Assembly: GCA_050290185.1 (NCBI GenBank)
Contig: JBNKHE010000001.1
Coordinates: forward strand, 98,713 to 162,712
DNA length: 64,000 bases
Direction of reading: 5' to 3'
Source of the DNA: Pontiella sp.
Lineage (GTDB): Bacteria > Verrucomicrobiota > Kiritimatiellia > Kiritimatiellales > Pontiellaceae
Shown here: positions 1 to 10,151 of the stretch, piece by piece
Numbering within the stretch: position 1 is the stretch's first letter
Layout: each line of letters opens with the position of its first letter
Translations under genes and position numbers: made by a program
The notes under the pieces: model-generated
Databases searched by the model: none
Seen by the model: the letters and a program-made list of their open reading frames with translations, nothing else
Told to the model about the DNA's origin: nothing

Positions 1-261
1 CAGTCCTTCGGGAAGCTGGCTGCGTTCAAACTGCATGACCAAATCCTCACGGCGCTCGCCGTAGGCTTCAACGGAAGGGATGTGAATGGTTTTCTTTTCG
101 CCGACTTCCATATCGACGACCCCCTTCTCAAAACCGGGGATTACCATACCGGCGCCCATTTCGAATTCAAGCGGATCGCGTCCGGCGGAGGAGTCGAATT
201 GCGTACCGTCGTCGAGCGTTCCGGTGTAATGGATTTTTACTGTTTTGCCGTTTTCAATCAT
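1..261 (-). CDS. FKBP-type peptidyl-prolyl isomerase (SlyD/FkpB-like), 3' end outside window
   Basis: Manual translation of the minus strand from ATG at 261: MIENGKTVKIHYTGTLDDGTQFDSSAGRDPLEFEMGAGMVIPGFEKG...EAYGER. Not in the ORF track. Confidence 0.9.
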   Translation of the reverse strand, partial: MIENGKTVKIHYTGTLDDGTQFDSSAGRDPLEFEMGAGMVIPGFEKGVVDMEVGEKKTIHIPSVEAYGERREDLVMQFERSQLPEGL

Positions 262-433
262 GGGCGTTCCTTTCGGGTTCTGGATTAATAAAACCTGCAC
301 CTTACAGACCTCGCATCTGAAGGCAACCCCTAAGCCAAACGCATTCCCCCGGCATCCGGAACGCCTCTTGATCCGCTTTCCGCATAGACAGGTGTGCGTG
401 TAGCACTCTATATTCCCTTAATCAGGAGGTCGT

Positions 434-1003
434 ATGAAATTCATGTCGTTGGTTCTATTTACAGTAGCTGTTGCTGCCTTAACCGGGTGCACCCGGATCA
501 AGGTTTCCAGCGAATGTGACCCCGCCTACCGCTTTTCCAGGATTGAAACCTATCAATGGATCGAGGCTCCGGACGCCACGATTGCGCAGAATGCCACCTC
601 TCTTGATCCCGACTTGCAGAAAGCCTTGAACAATGAACTTGCGGCTCAGGGATGGACACAGGTGCTCGACCCGGCCAACGCGACCGTTCAGATTGCCTCC
701 TATCTCAAACTTGCAACCCATCAGGAAGCGGCCGGACGCATACCGGACAGCGAAAGCGAGTTTTCCGGTGGTCTGGTCTTTGAGCGCAACAAAAGGGAAT
801 GGACTTACGAGCAGCGAGATCCTGATCAAGTGGCCTATACGACCGAGACCGGCACGCTCCACATCATGATGAACGATACTGAAACCGGGAAAAGCATATG
901 GCACGCCAGTGCCCAAGCGACCATTGATCGCTCGCTTACCCCCGAAAAACAGGATGAGTTGCTCCGCCGAATCGCCCATACACTCTTCGAAAAACTACCC
1001 TAG
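434..1003 (+). CDS. DUF4136-like lipoprotein
   Basis: Lipobox LTGC, SD AGGAGG, TYQW motif, C-terminal GTLHI..D...IW motif. Confidence 0.75.
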   Translation: MKFMSLVLFTVAVAALTGCTRIKVSSECDPAYRFSRIETYQWIEAPDATIAQNATSLDPDLQKALNNELAAQGWTQVLDPANATVQIASYLKLATHQEAAGRIPDSESEFSGGLVFERNKREWTYEQRDPDQVAYTTETGTLHIMMNDTETGKSIWHASAQATIDRSLTPEKQDELLRRIAHTLFEKLP

Positions 1004-1014
1004 GGAGCCGATAC

Positions 1015-1830
1015 GTGTTCGCTCTATATCTCGGCATCGCGATATTTTCAGCCATCGGCATCACGGCGGCCATTTGCCTCCGCCGTGCGCGTTGTGTGCG
1101 GCTAATGAACACCCCTCCTCCGGAAAGCTGGCTGGAGATTCTGGACACCAATCTCCCGATGGCCGCCAATCTGACCGATAACCAAAAACGCCGGTTGTTC
1201 GGTACCATGCAGGTCTTTCTTGCCGACAAAAAATTCGAGGGCTGCGGCGGGCTTGAGATAACCGAAGAGATCAAAGTCACCGTCGCGGCGCAGGCCTGTA
1301 TACTGCTGATCGGACGCGAGACCAAAGTGTACCCCAAACTTAAATCCATTCTAATCTATCCGCATGCCTACCAGAGCGGACAACAGGGCATGTTTGGCGG
1401 CAACAATGGTGAAGGTGCACGGCTGGGCGAGTCATGGACCAACGGCGTGGTCGTGCTCGCCTGGGACAGCGTGCTTGGCGGCGCACGCAATATCGAAGAT
1501 GGCGACAACGTTACCCTGCACGAATTTGCGCACCAGCTGGATCAGGAGGACGGTGCCGGCGATGGAGCCCCCATTCTCGAGCCGCGCTCGGCCTATGTGG
1601 AATGGGCCCGCGTCTTTCAGCGGGAATACACGGAGCTGGTCGACGAAACCCGTCGCGGCCGCAAGAGTGTTCTCGATAGCTACGGCGCCACCAACCCTGC
1701 CGAATTCTTTGCCGTCGCCACGGAGACCTTTTTTGAAAAACCGCAGCAGATGCAAAAAAAGCATCCCGAATTATATGAGGAGCTTAAATCGTTTTATCGC
1801 ATCGACCCGGTCCAGTGGCAGGATCGTTAG
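1015..1830 (+). CDS. MtfA/peptidase M90-family zinc peptidase
   Basis: HEFAHQLD zinc motif; YGATNPAEFFAVATETFFEKP; N-terminal TM anchor. Confidence 0.9.
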   Translation: MFALYLGIAIFSAIGITAAICLRRARCVRLMNTPPPESWLEILDTNLPMAANLTDNQKRRLFGTMQVFLADKKFEGCGGLEITEEIKVTVAAQACILLIGRETKVYPKLKSILIYPHAYQSGQQGMFGGNNGEGARLGESWTNGVVVLAWDSVLGGARNIEDGDNVTLHEFAHQLDQEDGAGDGAPILEPRSAYVEWARVFQREYTELVDETRRGRKSVLDSYGATNPAEFFAVATETFFEKPQQMQKKHPELYEELKSFYRIDPVQWQDR

Positions 1831-1847
1831 CTACCGTGAAGTACCCG

Positions 1848-3344
1848 TTATTCGCTCCGGCGCTCGATTTGTTTGATGAGGTCGTTGAAGATAAAGTGGT
1901 GGAACGGGAGGAAGATGTACCAGTAGGTGCGGCCCCACAGCCCCTTGGTCTTGTAGTAGGCATTCACAGACAGCCTGTTTTTGTTCCCCGAGATGGGATC
2001 CACGCGGAATTCCAACCACGCATAGCCCGGCACTTTCATTTCAGCGCGCAACAGCAACTGGCGATCATACTGAATTTTCTCCACGCGCCAGAAATCAACG
2101 ACGTCGTTGACCCGCAACGTCGATGCACTGCGCCGGCCGCGGGTGGTGCCAACGCCCTGGAGCAACCGGTCGAGTGCCCCGCGCATGCGCCACAGAAACG
2201 TACTGTAGAACCAGCCATTCTTTCCGCCGATATGGGTGATGGACTTGAACAGTTCCTCCGCCATCTTGCTGGTGACCAGGGAATAGGAACTCGTATAGGT
2301 GGGAGCTCCCTTAATCTCGCTAAGCTTGATGGCCAGTTCGTAATCGGGGGGATAGCTGTCCGACCAGCGTGTATGGACGGCATCCTGCTCCTCGCGCGAC
2401 AAGGCCAGCACAAGCGCCTCTTTACAGGAAATCCGCCTAAATGGTATCAGCTCGAGGATATCGTTTTCCTGACAAACCACATCGTGCGTCACGCTCTCCA
2501 TCAGGCACCAGGTGATCGGAGCGGGGATCGGAGTCAACAGGCTTGTGATGTAGGAATAGAACCGGATGCTTGAAATTGGCGAAGCCATATAGATTCGCTT
2601 TTTGCACAGGACCGCCGCATGTGTTTTAAGGAGCTCTTCATAGGTCATGATGTCCGCGCCGCCGATATCAAAGGTCCGGTTGGCGGTTTCGGGCAGCTCC
2701 AGCACACCAACCAGCGATTTGATTACATCGCGGACAGCGATGGGCTGGCATTTGGTTTTCGCCCATTTCGGAACGAGGAACAACGGGATTCTGCGAACCA
2801 GATGGTTAACCATTTCATAGGATGCACTCCCCGATCCAAGAATAATAGCTGCCCGGAGAATGGTGGTTGGCACCGGGCCACGCCTGAATTCCTCGGCCAC
2901 CTGGGCACGGCTGGCCAGATGGGGTGAAAGCGTCGTATTCGTATCTCCCAGCCCGCCGAGATAGATGATGCGCCCTACCCCTTGCTGCTCCGCGGCTTCG
3001 CGGAAGTGTCGTGCAGCCTGTAGATCGGCATCCTCGAACCGATGCATTCCAATCAGCATCGAATGAATCAGATAATAGGCGGCATCCACGCCTTCAAGAG
3101 CGGGAAGAACCGCATCCTCATCAAGCGCATCGGCCACCACAACCTCAGCTTCCGGCCAGCGATCCCGATGCTCCGGAGATTCGGCACGCACCATGACTCG
3201 AACCCTGTATCCACGGGCGATCAGCTCAGGCACCAGGCGACCGCCAATATAACCGGTTGCACCGGCAACCAGAACCACGCCCATCCCCTTGACAGGTTGG
3301 GTTGGCAAATCACTGCACAGGATTACCTCCAGATCTGACGTCAT
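1848..3344 (-). CDS. YbjT-like NAD(P)-binding SDR with C-terminal DUF2867
   Basis: GATGYIGG Rossmann motif, YYLIHSM, C-terminal DFWRVE..LLLRAEMKVPG.AWLEF. Confidence 0.88.
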   Translation of the reverse strand: MTSDLEVILCSDLPTQPVKGMGVVLVAGATGYIGGRLVPELIARGYRVRVMVRAESPEHRDRWPEAEVVVADALDEDAVLPALEGVDAAYYLIHSMLIGMHRFEDADLQAARHFREAAEQQGVGRIIYLGGLGDTNTTLSPHLASRAQVAEEFRRGPVPTTILRAAIILGSGSASYEMVNHLVRRIPLFLVPKWAKTKCQPIAVRDVIKSLVGVLELPETANRTFDIGGADIMTYEELLKTHAAVLCKKRIYMASPISSIRFYSYITSLLTPIPAPITWCLMESVTHDVVCQENDILELIPFRRISCKEALVLALSREEQDAVHTRWSDSYPPDYELAIKLSEIKGAPTYTSSYSLVTSKMAEELFKSITHIGGKNGWFYSTFLWRMRGALDRLLQGVGTTRGRRSASTLRVNDVVDFWRVEKIQYDRQLLLRAEMKVPGYAWLEFRVDPISGNKNRLSVNAYYKTKGLWGRTYWYIFLPFHHFIFNDLIKQIERRSE

Positions 3345-3398
3345 ATACACGACTCCCTTGATCATTATTTACATGATTCCGCATCCAGCGGCAAGTGT

Positions 3399-3418
3399 TG
3401 TAAATGCAGGTATTTACA
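3399..3418. promoter_or_regulatory. Palindromic candidate operator TGTAAAT-N6-ATTTACA
   Basis: Perfect 7-bp arms in the divergent intergenic region. Confidence 0.4.
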
Positions 3419-3492
3419 GTCATGTTATATCTATTTGATTATTTCAAAGTCCGCTCGACAAACTCAGACTCGGGTGCAATGTTTTCAAAACT

Positions 3493-3987
3493 ATGGAAAA
3501 TGACCATATAATTAAGTTACTGGAGCTGAGCATCGAAGTCGAACTGGGTGTCGCGGCCATGTATCAGCTCTTTTCCGAGCTCCACCCCGACGACGGCGAA
3601 TTTTGGGCTCAACTGCGTCTGGAGGAAAAAAGCCATGCCACACTTCTTCGTGCGGCGTTGGATTCCTTCACAAACCGGGGGTTGCTGCCCTATAAGATCC
3701 TAGCCACCTCAGTGGAGGGGTTGCACGAGACGAACAAAAGAATCGAAGTACTCGTAGATCGATGCAAAGCATCCCCCCCCTCCCGCCACGACGCATTCGC
3801 GCTTGCGCTCGTTTTGGAAAACGAATCGGGCGAACACCACTATAATCATTTCATGGAGAAAGAGCCTGAAAACACAATTGAAGAGGTGTTTCAGCAACTA
3901 AACCGGGAGGACAAGGATCACGAAAAACGCATCCGGGCGTATTTTGACAGCATGGATTCTGAAAGCGCAGCGACCGGGATGTGCTAG
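3493..3987 (+). CDS. Rubrerythrin/ferritin-like di-iron protein
   Basis: Paired motifs IEVE...EEKSH and LENE...EDKDH. Confidence 0.75.
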   Translation: MENDHIIKLLELSIEVELGVAAMYQLFSELHPDDGEFWAQLRLEEKSHATLLRAALDSFTNRGLLPYKILATSVEGLHETNKRIEVLVDRCKASPPSRHDAFALALVLENESGEHHYNHFMEKEPENTIEEVFQQLNREDKDHEKRIRAYFDSMDSESAATGMC

Positions 3988-4619
3988 GAAAACCGGGGAG
4001 CAACGAATACGGGCGGATGCATGTAAAGCGGCTCAAAAGGTTCTGAGTCCACTCCATCTTCCATGCGCTGATGAACCAGTAATCCCAACGCGCCCGCCGA
4101 AGGCGAAACGGGGTTGGAGTCATCCGGAGTACGGAAGTCAGACAGCAGTGGTTCCAGCCGGTCGTGATCGGGACTGATAACCAGCGCATCTTCCGGAACA
4201 AAGCCCGTTAGCGCATCCCGATCCATCAGCTCGAATTCTTTTTCCAGTTCAGTACGTTTGAACACGCCGGCCCATACCTTATTCCGACGGGCATCCCCTA
4301 CCACGGCCGTGCATTCGGCCCCGAACCGCATTGCCAGAGCCGCCCCGCTGTTCAGAGCATAAACCGGCTTCCCGCCGGGTGCAGCCAGGGAATTAGCCAC
4401 GGAAAAAGCAATACGCATGCCCGAAAAGGCTCCTGGACCGCGGCCGACGGCAAATACATCAATCCCGTTCCAATCCACCGCCATGGAAGCCATGGCGTCA
4501 AACAGCTGCTGGCGGTTCTTGAAGTTTTCGTTCCAGCTCTCTTCGGCCACAACGGCTCCGCGGTCGATCAATGCGACACTACCTATACGGGAGCTCAATT
4601 CGATTGAAAAAATCCTCAT
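3984..4619 (-). CDS. tsaB: tRNA threonylcarbamoyladenosine biosynthesis protein TsaB
   Basis: VGRGPGAFSGMRI and DARR motifs; coupled to tsaE. Confidence 0.93.
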   Translation of the reverse strand: MRIFSIELSSRIGSVALIDRGAVVAEESWNENFKNRQQLFDAMASMAVDWNGIDVFAVGRGPGAFSGMRIAFSVANSLAAPGGKPVYALNSGAALAMRFGAECTAVVGDARRNKVWAGVFKRTELEKEFELMDRDALTGFVPEDALVISPDHDRLEPLLSDFRTPDDSNPVSPSAGALGLLVHQRMEDGVDSEPFEPLYMHPPVFVAPRFS

Positions 4620-5044
4620 GCTTCATTCTCCCTGAAGACATGGAACGTACGGGTTCCGGTATGTTCGTCGGCTTCAATACGGATGTGCAGCAGATCCGGA
4701 GGCAGCAGCCCTTCCGCCCGTTCCGCCCATTCGATGGCGGTAATCCCGTTCGCATCAAAGTATTCTTCCAGCCCCAGACCCAGTGCCTCCTCCGGGCCGG
4801 ACAGGCGGTACAGATCGATATGGTGCAAGGGCAACCGGCCCTCGTACTCGCCGATCAGTGTATAGGTCGGGCTGGTAATCGGTTCGTCGATGCCCAGTGC
4901 GGCAGCAAATCCCTGGATAAAGCAGGTTTTGCCGGCACCAAGATCGCCGTGCAACGCAATTACGGTACCCGGACCCAGTTCACCGGACAGTTCTGCGGCA
5001 AGCGACCACGTTTCTTCCGGGCTGTTTGTTTTTACAATGCGCAT
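4616..5044 (-). CDS. tsaE: tRNA threonylcarbamoyladenosine biosynthesis ATPase TsaE
   Basis: LHGDLGAGKT, SPTYTL, HIDLYRL, IEWAE. Confidence 0.96.
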   Translation of the reverse strand: MRIVKTNSPEETWSLAAELSGELGPGTVIALHGDLGAGKTCFIQGFAAALGIDEPITSPTYTLIGEYEGRLPLHHIDLYRLSGPEEALGLGLEEYFDANGITAIEWAERAEGLLPPDLLHIRIEADEHTGTRTFHVFRENEA

Positions 5045-5120
5045 TAAGCCTCTCTTTACGAAAATGCGCGGCACAACCTACAGCCACGCTTCGTGCTTTG
5101 AAAGTTCAGAGTGACGGAAC

Positions 5121-6836
5121 TTACGCATCAGCCGGAGGATGCGGGGCAAACTTGATCGTGATGTTGAGCGGAGGGCTGGCCACCTCCATCCCGTCGGCAT
5201 AGACCGCCACCGCCTGAATGCGGGTTGGCCCCTCCCCGACGAGCTGCTCATCGAGAGTCAGAATGACATCATCGGCATATTCCTTTTCATCCAGCAGCAG
5301 CTCCCCGCAGACCAGGCGCACGGACCGGGGCGTCTGGATGCCGCCGATCTTCACCTTTATGCCGTGTGTATACTGGCCCGTCTTTGCAATCTCGCCCGAA
5401 GCAATGGCAACCGACCGCCCCGTCTTGTTCAACGTGATCGCCTTATCCGCCGATGCGCCGAACTCAACCTGATACTTGGGCCAGGCCACGGCACGAAGCT
5501 CGTGGTATCCATCCGAAAGGTTGCGAACCGGAACCCATGCCGTGGGTGAGCTCGAAGCCTGGCTGATCAGCTTTCCGTCCAGCAGGAACGAGTAGAGATA
5601 CTCGACATCGGCCAAGCGTGATTCCGCCATGACCGCATAGGTAAAGTCGTCCGTGAGCGTATCCGCGCCCAGCACCTTCGTCTTGACCCTCGGCGCATAC
5701 GGTCTTGCCAAGGGATCGCCAAGCAGCAGCGTCTGTAACGGACAGGCGATCGACAGATAGAAGCTCTCCAGCATGGTGCAACCCGAGACATAATGAACAT
5801 AAAAACGCGCGGTCGGGAACTTGTTTGGGTTGGAATAGGGCTCAACCACCGCGCCGGCTGATGCTGTCGCCCCAGCCTTCAGCCACTCCGTCATCTTGGT
5901 CTGCTTTTTCTGAAATTCCGCGCTCCAGCTCGTGAGGTGTTCCGCCATCGCTCCCGGAGCAAATGAACCGACCTCTGAAGGATCGACGGTCTCCGCGCCC
6001 ATCATTATACCCACGACGTTTTTCTCGCCTGCAGGAAAGTTGGTGACCACATTGGCCACCATGCCCCGTTCCTTGAGTTCGTTCACGGCGGGATAGTATT
6101 GGTATTCCCGGCATTTGGAACGGACGTCGTCGCTCATCACAAAATAGATGCCTCCGTGAATGCCCCGGCAGTCCGACTGCGTGCCCCGCTTGATCGTATC
6201 GAGCACGGTTTGAACATCGTTCCCGTTTTCGCCAATGTACCCAAGCATCATGGCAGGAAGCGGCATCTTGTCGCCAAGCCCTGCTTTCAGGTATTGCACT
6301 TCATCAGGAACCACAGCACTATCCCCCAACCCCGACTTGATCTTGTGGAACGAAAGCGCAGGCAGACTCACTTTAATCCGCTCATTGGGACCGGCAAACA
6401 GCTTCGAGAGATACTTCCCATCCTCAACCAGGCTCAAGCCGGGCAGCTGGTTGCGCATAAAGGTCAACCCGCACACCGACATCTGCTTGCGATCGTACGT
6501 ATCGGTCTTCACGCGAATGGGGAAATCGACCGAGTAGACCCAGGCCAGAATATGGTCATCAATTCCCCGAGCCTTTGCCACGGCGCTGGCCGGCTCCCAG
6601 ATCAGTTTCGTGAATTCCTCCGGCGTAACCGTGGAGGTCCCTCCATATGCACTCTCCGGAATGTCGAGATAGACGATATTGCGGGCCGGGATCTGCCTGG
6701 CCGCTGCATAGGTGTTTGCCACCAGCAATGACGGTTGCGACTGCTTATTGACCAGCAGCAGGACTTCGTGGGGCATTTGCGCCCACACATTCACCGAAAC
6801 CAGAATGCCTGCAAGAATACTTAAAACCTTGTACAT
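5121..6836 (-). CDS. TIGR03790-like exported protein with C-terminal Ig-like domains
   Basis: Signal peptide; EVLLLVN..S..VA..Y...R.IP; PGAMAEHLTS; GATASAGAVVEPY; GDPL..PY. Confidence 0.75.
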   Translation of the reverse strand: MYKVLSILAGILVSVNVWAQMPHEVLLLVNKQSQPSLLVANTYAAARQIPARNIVYLDIPESAYGGTSTVTPEEFTKLIWEPASAVAKARGIDDHILAWVYSVDFPIRVKTDTYDRKQMSVCGLTFMRNQLPGLSLVEDGKYLSKLFAGPNERIKVSLPALSFHKIKSGLGDSAVVPDEVQYLKAGLGDKMPLPAMMLGYIGENGNDVQTVLDTIKRGTQSDCRGIHGGIYFVMSDDVRSKCREYQYYPAVNELKERGMVANVVTNFPAGEKNVVGIMMGAETVDPSEVGSFAPGAMAEHLTSWSAEFQKKQTKMTEWLKAGATASAGAVVEPYSNPNKFPTARFYVHYVSGCTMLESFYLSIACPLQTLLLGDPLARPYAPRVKTKVLGADTLTDDFTYAVMAESRLADVEYLYSFLLDGKLISQASSSPTAWVPVRNLSDGYHELRAVAWPKYQVEFGASADKAITLNKTGRSVAIASGEIAKTGQYTHGIKVKIGGIQTPRSVRLVCGELLLDEKEYADDVILTLDEQLVGEGPTRIQAVAVYADGMEVASPPLNITIKFAPHPPADA

Positions 6837-6943
6837 AAAACCTCTCCATCTAATGGACTGACAATATGGGGTTTCATCCCGCCAAATTCAACCTGCTTCC
6901 GAAAAAGCTTAGTTTTGAGTATGGCGCTCGTTAAACTTGCCTC

Positions 6944-7789
6944 ATGAAAATCATGATTGTTCAAACTGTATTTTTGCTTGGTTGCACGCTTGCAAGCCAG
7001 GCTGGCCTCGACGCTCTGTTTTACTGCCCTGATCACCAAACCTATGCAACGCCCGCGCAGGATGGCTATGCCTACGAGGAAGTCCGCTTCAACAGCGCCG
7101 ACGGCACCAGACTTTCCGGCTGGTTCATTCCCGCCAAAGGAAAAGCCCTGGGGACGGTGATCCACTATCACGGAAACGCGCAGAACATGACTGCGCACTA
7201 TTCCTTCGTCTCCTGGTTGCCGGCCAACGGCTTCAACCTGTTCGTATTCGACTACCGCGGCTATGGAAAGTCCGAAGGAAAACCCACCCGGAAGGGTGTG
7301 TACGAGGATTCCGTTGCTGCGCTTAAATACCTTAAAACCCGCACCGATATCGACCAGGACAAGCTGATCGTGTTCGGGCAGAGCATTGGCGGGGCCAATG
7401 CATTGGCTGTACTTGGAAACAACGATTTTAAAGGCATTGCCGGGATTGCTACCGACTCGGCGTTCTCGACCTACAAGGGAGTGGCCTGCGACCATGCCGG
7501 ATGGCTCAAGCCCCTCGCTTTCTGCTTGATCGGCAACAAGCTAAGCCCCGAAAAATACGTCGGCAACATCGCCCCTGTACCGTTACTCATCATCCATGGA
7601 ACCAAAGATCCGGTTGCCCCGTACAAGCATGCCGAACGATTGTACAGGAAAGCCGCCGAACCCAAGGAGCTCTGGACCATCGAAGGGGGCGGCCATACCT
7701 CCGCCCTCGGTGCCGGGCGCGCCGTCTACGCCCCTAGGCTCCACCAACGTTTTGTGGAATGGATCAGCAAAAAGAACCAGGTCGACTAA
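6944..7789 (+). CDS. Exported alpha/beta hydrolase
   Basis: HGNAQN, DYRGYGKS, GQSIGG nucleophile, IHGTKD, GGGH. Confidence 0.9.
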   Translation: MKIMIVQTVFLLGCTLASQAGLDALFYCPDHQTYATPAQDGYAYEEVRFNSADGTRLSGWFIPAKGKALGTVIHYHGNAQNMTAHYSFVSWLPANGFNLFVFDYRGYGKSEGKPTRKGVYEDSVAALKYLKTRTDIDQDKLIVFGQSIGGANALAVLGNNDFKGIAGIATDSAFSTYKGVACDHAGWLKPLAFCLIGNKLSPEKYVGNIAPVPLLIIHGTKDPVAPYKHAERLYRKAAEPKELWTIEGGGHTSALGAGRAVYAPRLHQRFVEWISKKNQVD

Positions 7790-9228
7790 GCGTCCTTCTC
7801 GCCGAAGACGATAGCTTCGAAGACATTGAACTCGCAACCGGATTGCCAACCGTCGGGCGCGAGGCCGGCCTTCATCGATAAGTGCGTGAGGGTTTCGGCG
7901 AGACCCCATTTTTGTTCGGTAGCCACCTGCGGCAGGAAGACGGCCGAATGCGGGCCTTTGTAGAGCACAATGCCGTGTTTCCCGATTTCGATATCTTCAT
8001 ATGAGCTGACGCGGCGCGGAACCGTGAGCGCCGAGATTTCGATATCGATACCGGGCAGTTCATCCTCGCGAAGCCGGGGAAAGCGAGGATCCTGGAATGC
8101 GGCGTTTACCGCCTGCTCCTTCACCGCCTCGTACAACTCGCGGCGTGGAAATATTTCTCCGATGCACCCTCGCAGTTGGCCGTGCTTGTGCAGCGTGACG
8201 AATGCTCCCATGATCTCCTGCATCGGCGGAGTGATCTCGATGCCGAGATCGGATTCACCATCCCGCAACTGTGTGGCAATGCAATGCCGGGCGAGCCGCA
8301 AAAGTCCGATCTTGTCGGATTCGGATAATTCATTCTCCCTGTCACAGTGCTTCCCGTCGGTGCAGACCGATGGCCAATGGCCGGTGACGGCGGCAGAGAC
8401 ATAACTGACGCAGTGCGCCCAGTCGCCGGTGAGGTTGCCGGAGGTATCGTATTTCAGCAACTGGACAGTGGCATCCTTCGGCAGCATGGCCAGCAGAACG
8501 GCGATCGGACTGCGACCACAGATGGTTGCACGCGTTTCTTGAACATACTGAAGGAAGCCGGAAAGATTTTTTTCTTCAATCCGCTGGAAAGCGCCCATGT
8601 CGAGATCCCTGAGGTTGCTCTGGATATCATCATTGAACGGCACATAATCGAATCCATGTCCGTAGTGGGTGAAGTCCGAGCTAATGACCACGAGCGTTTC
8701 CGAATCCATGTTTTCGCGCAAGATCCGGGCGATATGCCGGACACTGGTTTCGTCCAGCTCCCCGCATACAATCGGCACCAGCTTGAAATCGTGCAGGGCG
8801 CGCTGAAGAAATGGAAGCTCGATTTGCACACTGTGTTCATGGCTGTGGGCGGCCGCATGCGATTGAAAGTGCTCGTCTTCCCACAGCCGCAGCATAAGTT
8901 CCCGGTCCAGTTCAATGCGGCCAAGCGGGGTTTCGACAAAATCCACATCGGGAATACTCACGGAATCCAGCAGCGCCATCCGGTGGCTGGGCCCAATCAC
9001 GATGACACGGGTGAATGAACGGCCGACGATGAGCTTGACCCCATTTGCGGCAACCATACCGGAGTACCGGTAGCTGGCATGCGGAAGCAGGAGGGCGAGG
9101 ACATTCTGCTGGACTTGTACATCAACCGCATCGAGATATACATCGATTTCGCGGGCTAGGCGCTTGGAATCTTCAGGGTACCAAATGCCCGCAAGCTCGG
9201 ACCTCAACACACTGGCTCCTTTATCCAT
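7786..9228 (-). CDS. amrB: AmmeMemoRadiSam protein B (Memo) - protein A (AMMECR1) fusion
   Basis: PHASY, GPSH, EHS, SSDFTHYG, TICG (Memo) followed by FVTL..LRGCIG, AFQDPRF, FLPQVA (AMMECR1). Confidence 0.92.
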   Translation of the reverse strand: MDKGASVLRSELAGIWYPEDSKRLAREIDVYLDAVDVQVQQNVLALLLPHASYRYSGMVAANGVKLIVGRSFTRVIVIGPSHRMALLDSVSIPDVDFVETPLGRIELDRELMLRLWEDEHFQSHAAAHSHEHSVQIELPFLQRALHDFKLVPIVCGELDETSVRHIARILRENMDSETLVVISSDFTHYGHGFDYVPFNDDIQSNLRDLDMGAFQRIEEKNLSGFLQYVQETRATICGRSPIAVLLAMLPKDATVQLLKYDTSGNLTGDWAHCVSYVSAAVTGHWPSVCTDGKHCDRENELSESDKIGLLRLARHCIATQLRDGESDLGIEITPPMQEIMGAFVTLHKHGQLRGCIGEIFPRRELYEAVKEQAVNAAFQDPRFPRLREDELPGIDIEISALTVPRRVSSYEDIEIGKHGIVLYKGPHSAVFLPQVATEQKWGLAETLTHLSMKAGLAPDGWQSGCEFNVFEAIVFGEKDA

Positions 9229-9344
9229 AACGCATTACTCCCAATATATTTGCCAGTATAGACAACAGCAGGAAGTTCCGCAATATTCCATTGTGAAAAA
9301 TCTTTCCATTGCGCCAAAGAAGCAATCGTCCTAATCTTTAATAC

Positions 9345-10151
9345 ATGATTAAAAAAGTACTTACCCTCTTATTGACAATCCTTGGCATAATCTACTTATT
9401 CCTCAACCTGTATGCATTTATCGTTTCAGACCGACTTATATTTGCCCCGCGTATACCGAGCTACACCCACCTGCCGAACGAGTTTAAGATCGCATCCGGG
9501 GATGGCGAAATCACGGCGGTCTACCTGAAAAAACCCAACGCGGAGTACACCATCCTTTTCAGCCACGGCAATGCCGAGGATCTAGGCCATGTGGTCCCCT
9601 TCATGCAGTCGTTTTACGACTTGGGATATTCGGTGCTGATGTACGACTACCGAGGCTACGGCACGAGCGCGGGTCAACCTTCCACCGTCCACGCCAAACA
9701 GGATGCCGTCGCCGCCTACAACTGGCTGGTCCAAGAGCAGAAGATCCATCCCGGAAAGATTATTTCCCAAGGACGCTCTCTCGGCGGCGGCGTAGCCGTC
9801 TGGCTGGCGGCAAAGCACGAGGTCGGCGGGCTCGTTACCGAAATATCATTCACCTCGGCCTTCCGCGTGAAAACCCGGTGGAAGATGCTGCCATGGGATA
9901 AGTTCGACAGCCTCAGATCGATCCGTCATGTCCATTGTCCCGTACTTGTCATCCACGGCACAGACGACGTTAAAGTCCCCTTCTGGCATGGACAGAAAGT
10001 CTATAATGCCGCCCGGGAACCCAAGCGGCATCTCTGGATCGAGGGCGGTAGGCATTCCACCTATGCATATGTCGACGAAGCGGCCTATCGCGCATCGGTC
10101 GTGTCGTTTCTTGAACTCGTTTCTGAATACCAAAGCAATAGAGTTGAATAG
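9345..10151 (+). CDS. Alpha/beta hydrolase (ABHD17/Bem46-like)
   Basis: SHGNAEDLG, YDYRGYG, GRSLGGG, IHGTDD. Confidence 0.9.
   Translation: MIKKVLTLLLTILGIIYLFLNLYAFIVSDRLIFAPRIPSYTHLPNEFKIASGDGEITAVYLKKPNAEYTILFSHGNAEDLGHVVPFMQSFYDLGYSVLMYDYRGYGTSAGQPSTVHAKQDAVAAYNWLVQEQKIHPGKIISQGRSLGGGVAVWLAAKHEVGGLVTEISFTSAFRVKTRWKMLPWDKFDSLRSIRHVHCPVLVIHGTDDVKVPFWHGQKVYNAAREPKRHLWIEGGRHSTYAYVDEAAYRASVVSFLELVSEYQSNRVE

Noticed and set aside
82..288. 68-aa plus-strand ORF
   Set aside because: Antisense to the FKBP-type isomerase gene
10085..10151. 67-bp convergent gene overlap
   Set aside because: Ordinary 3' overlap of non-conserved tails
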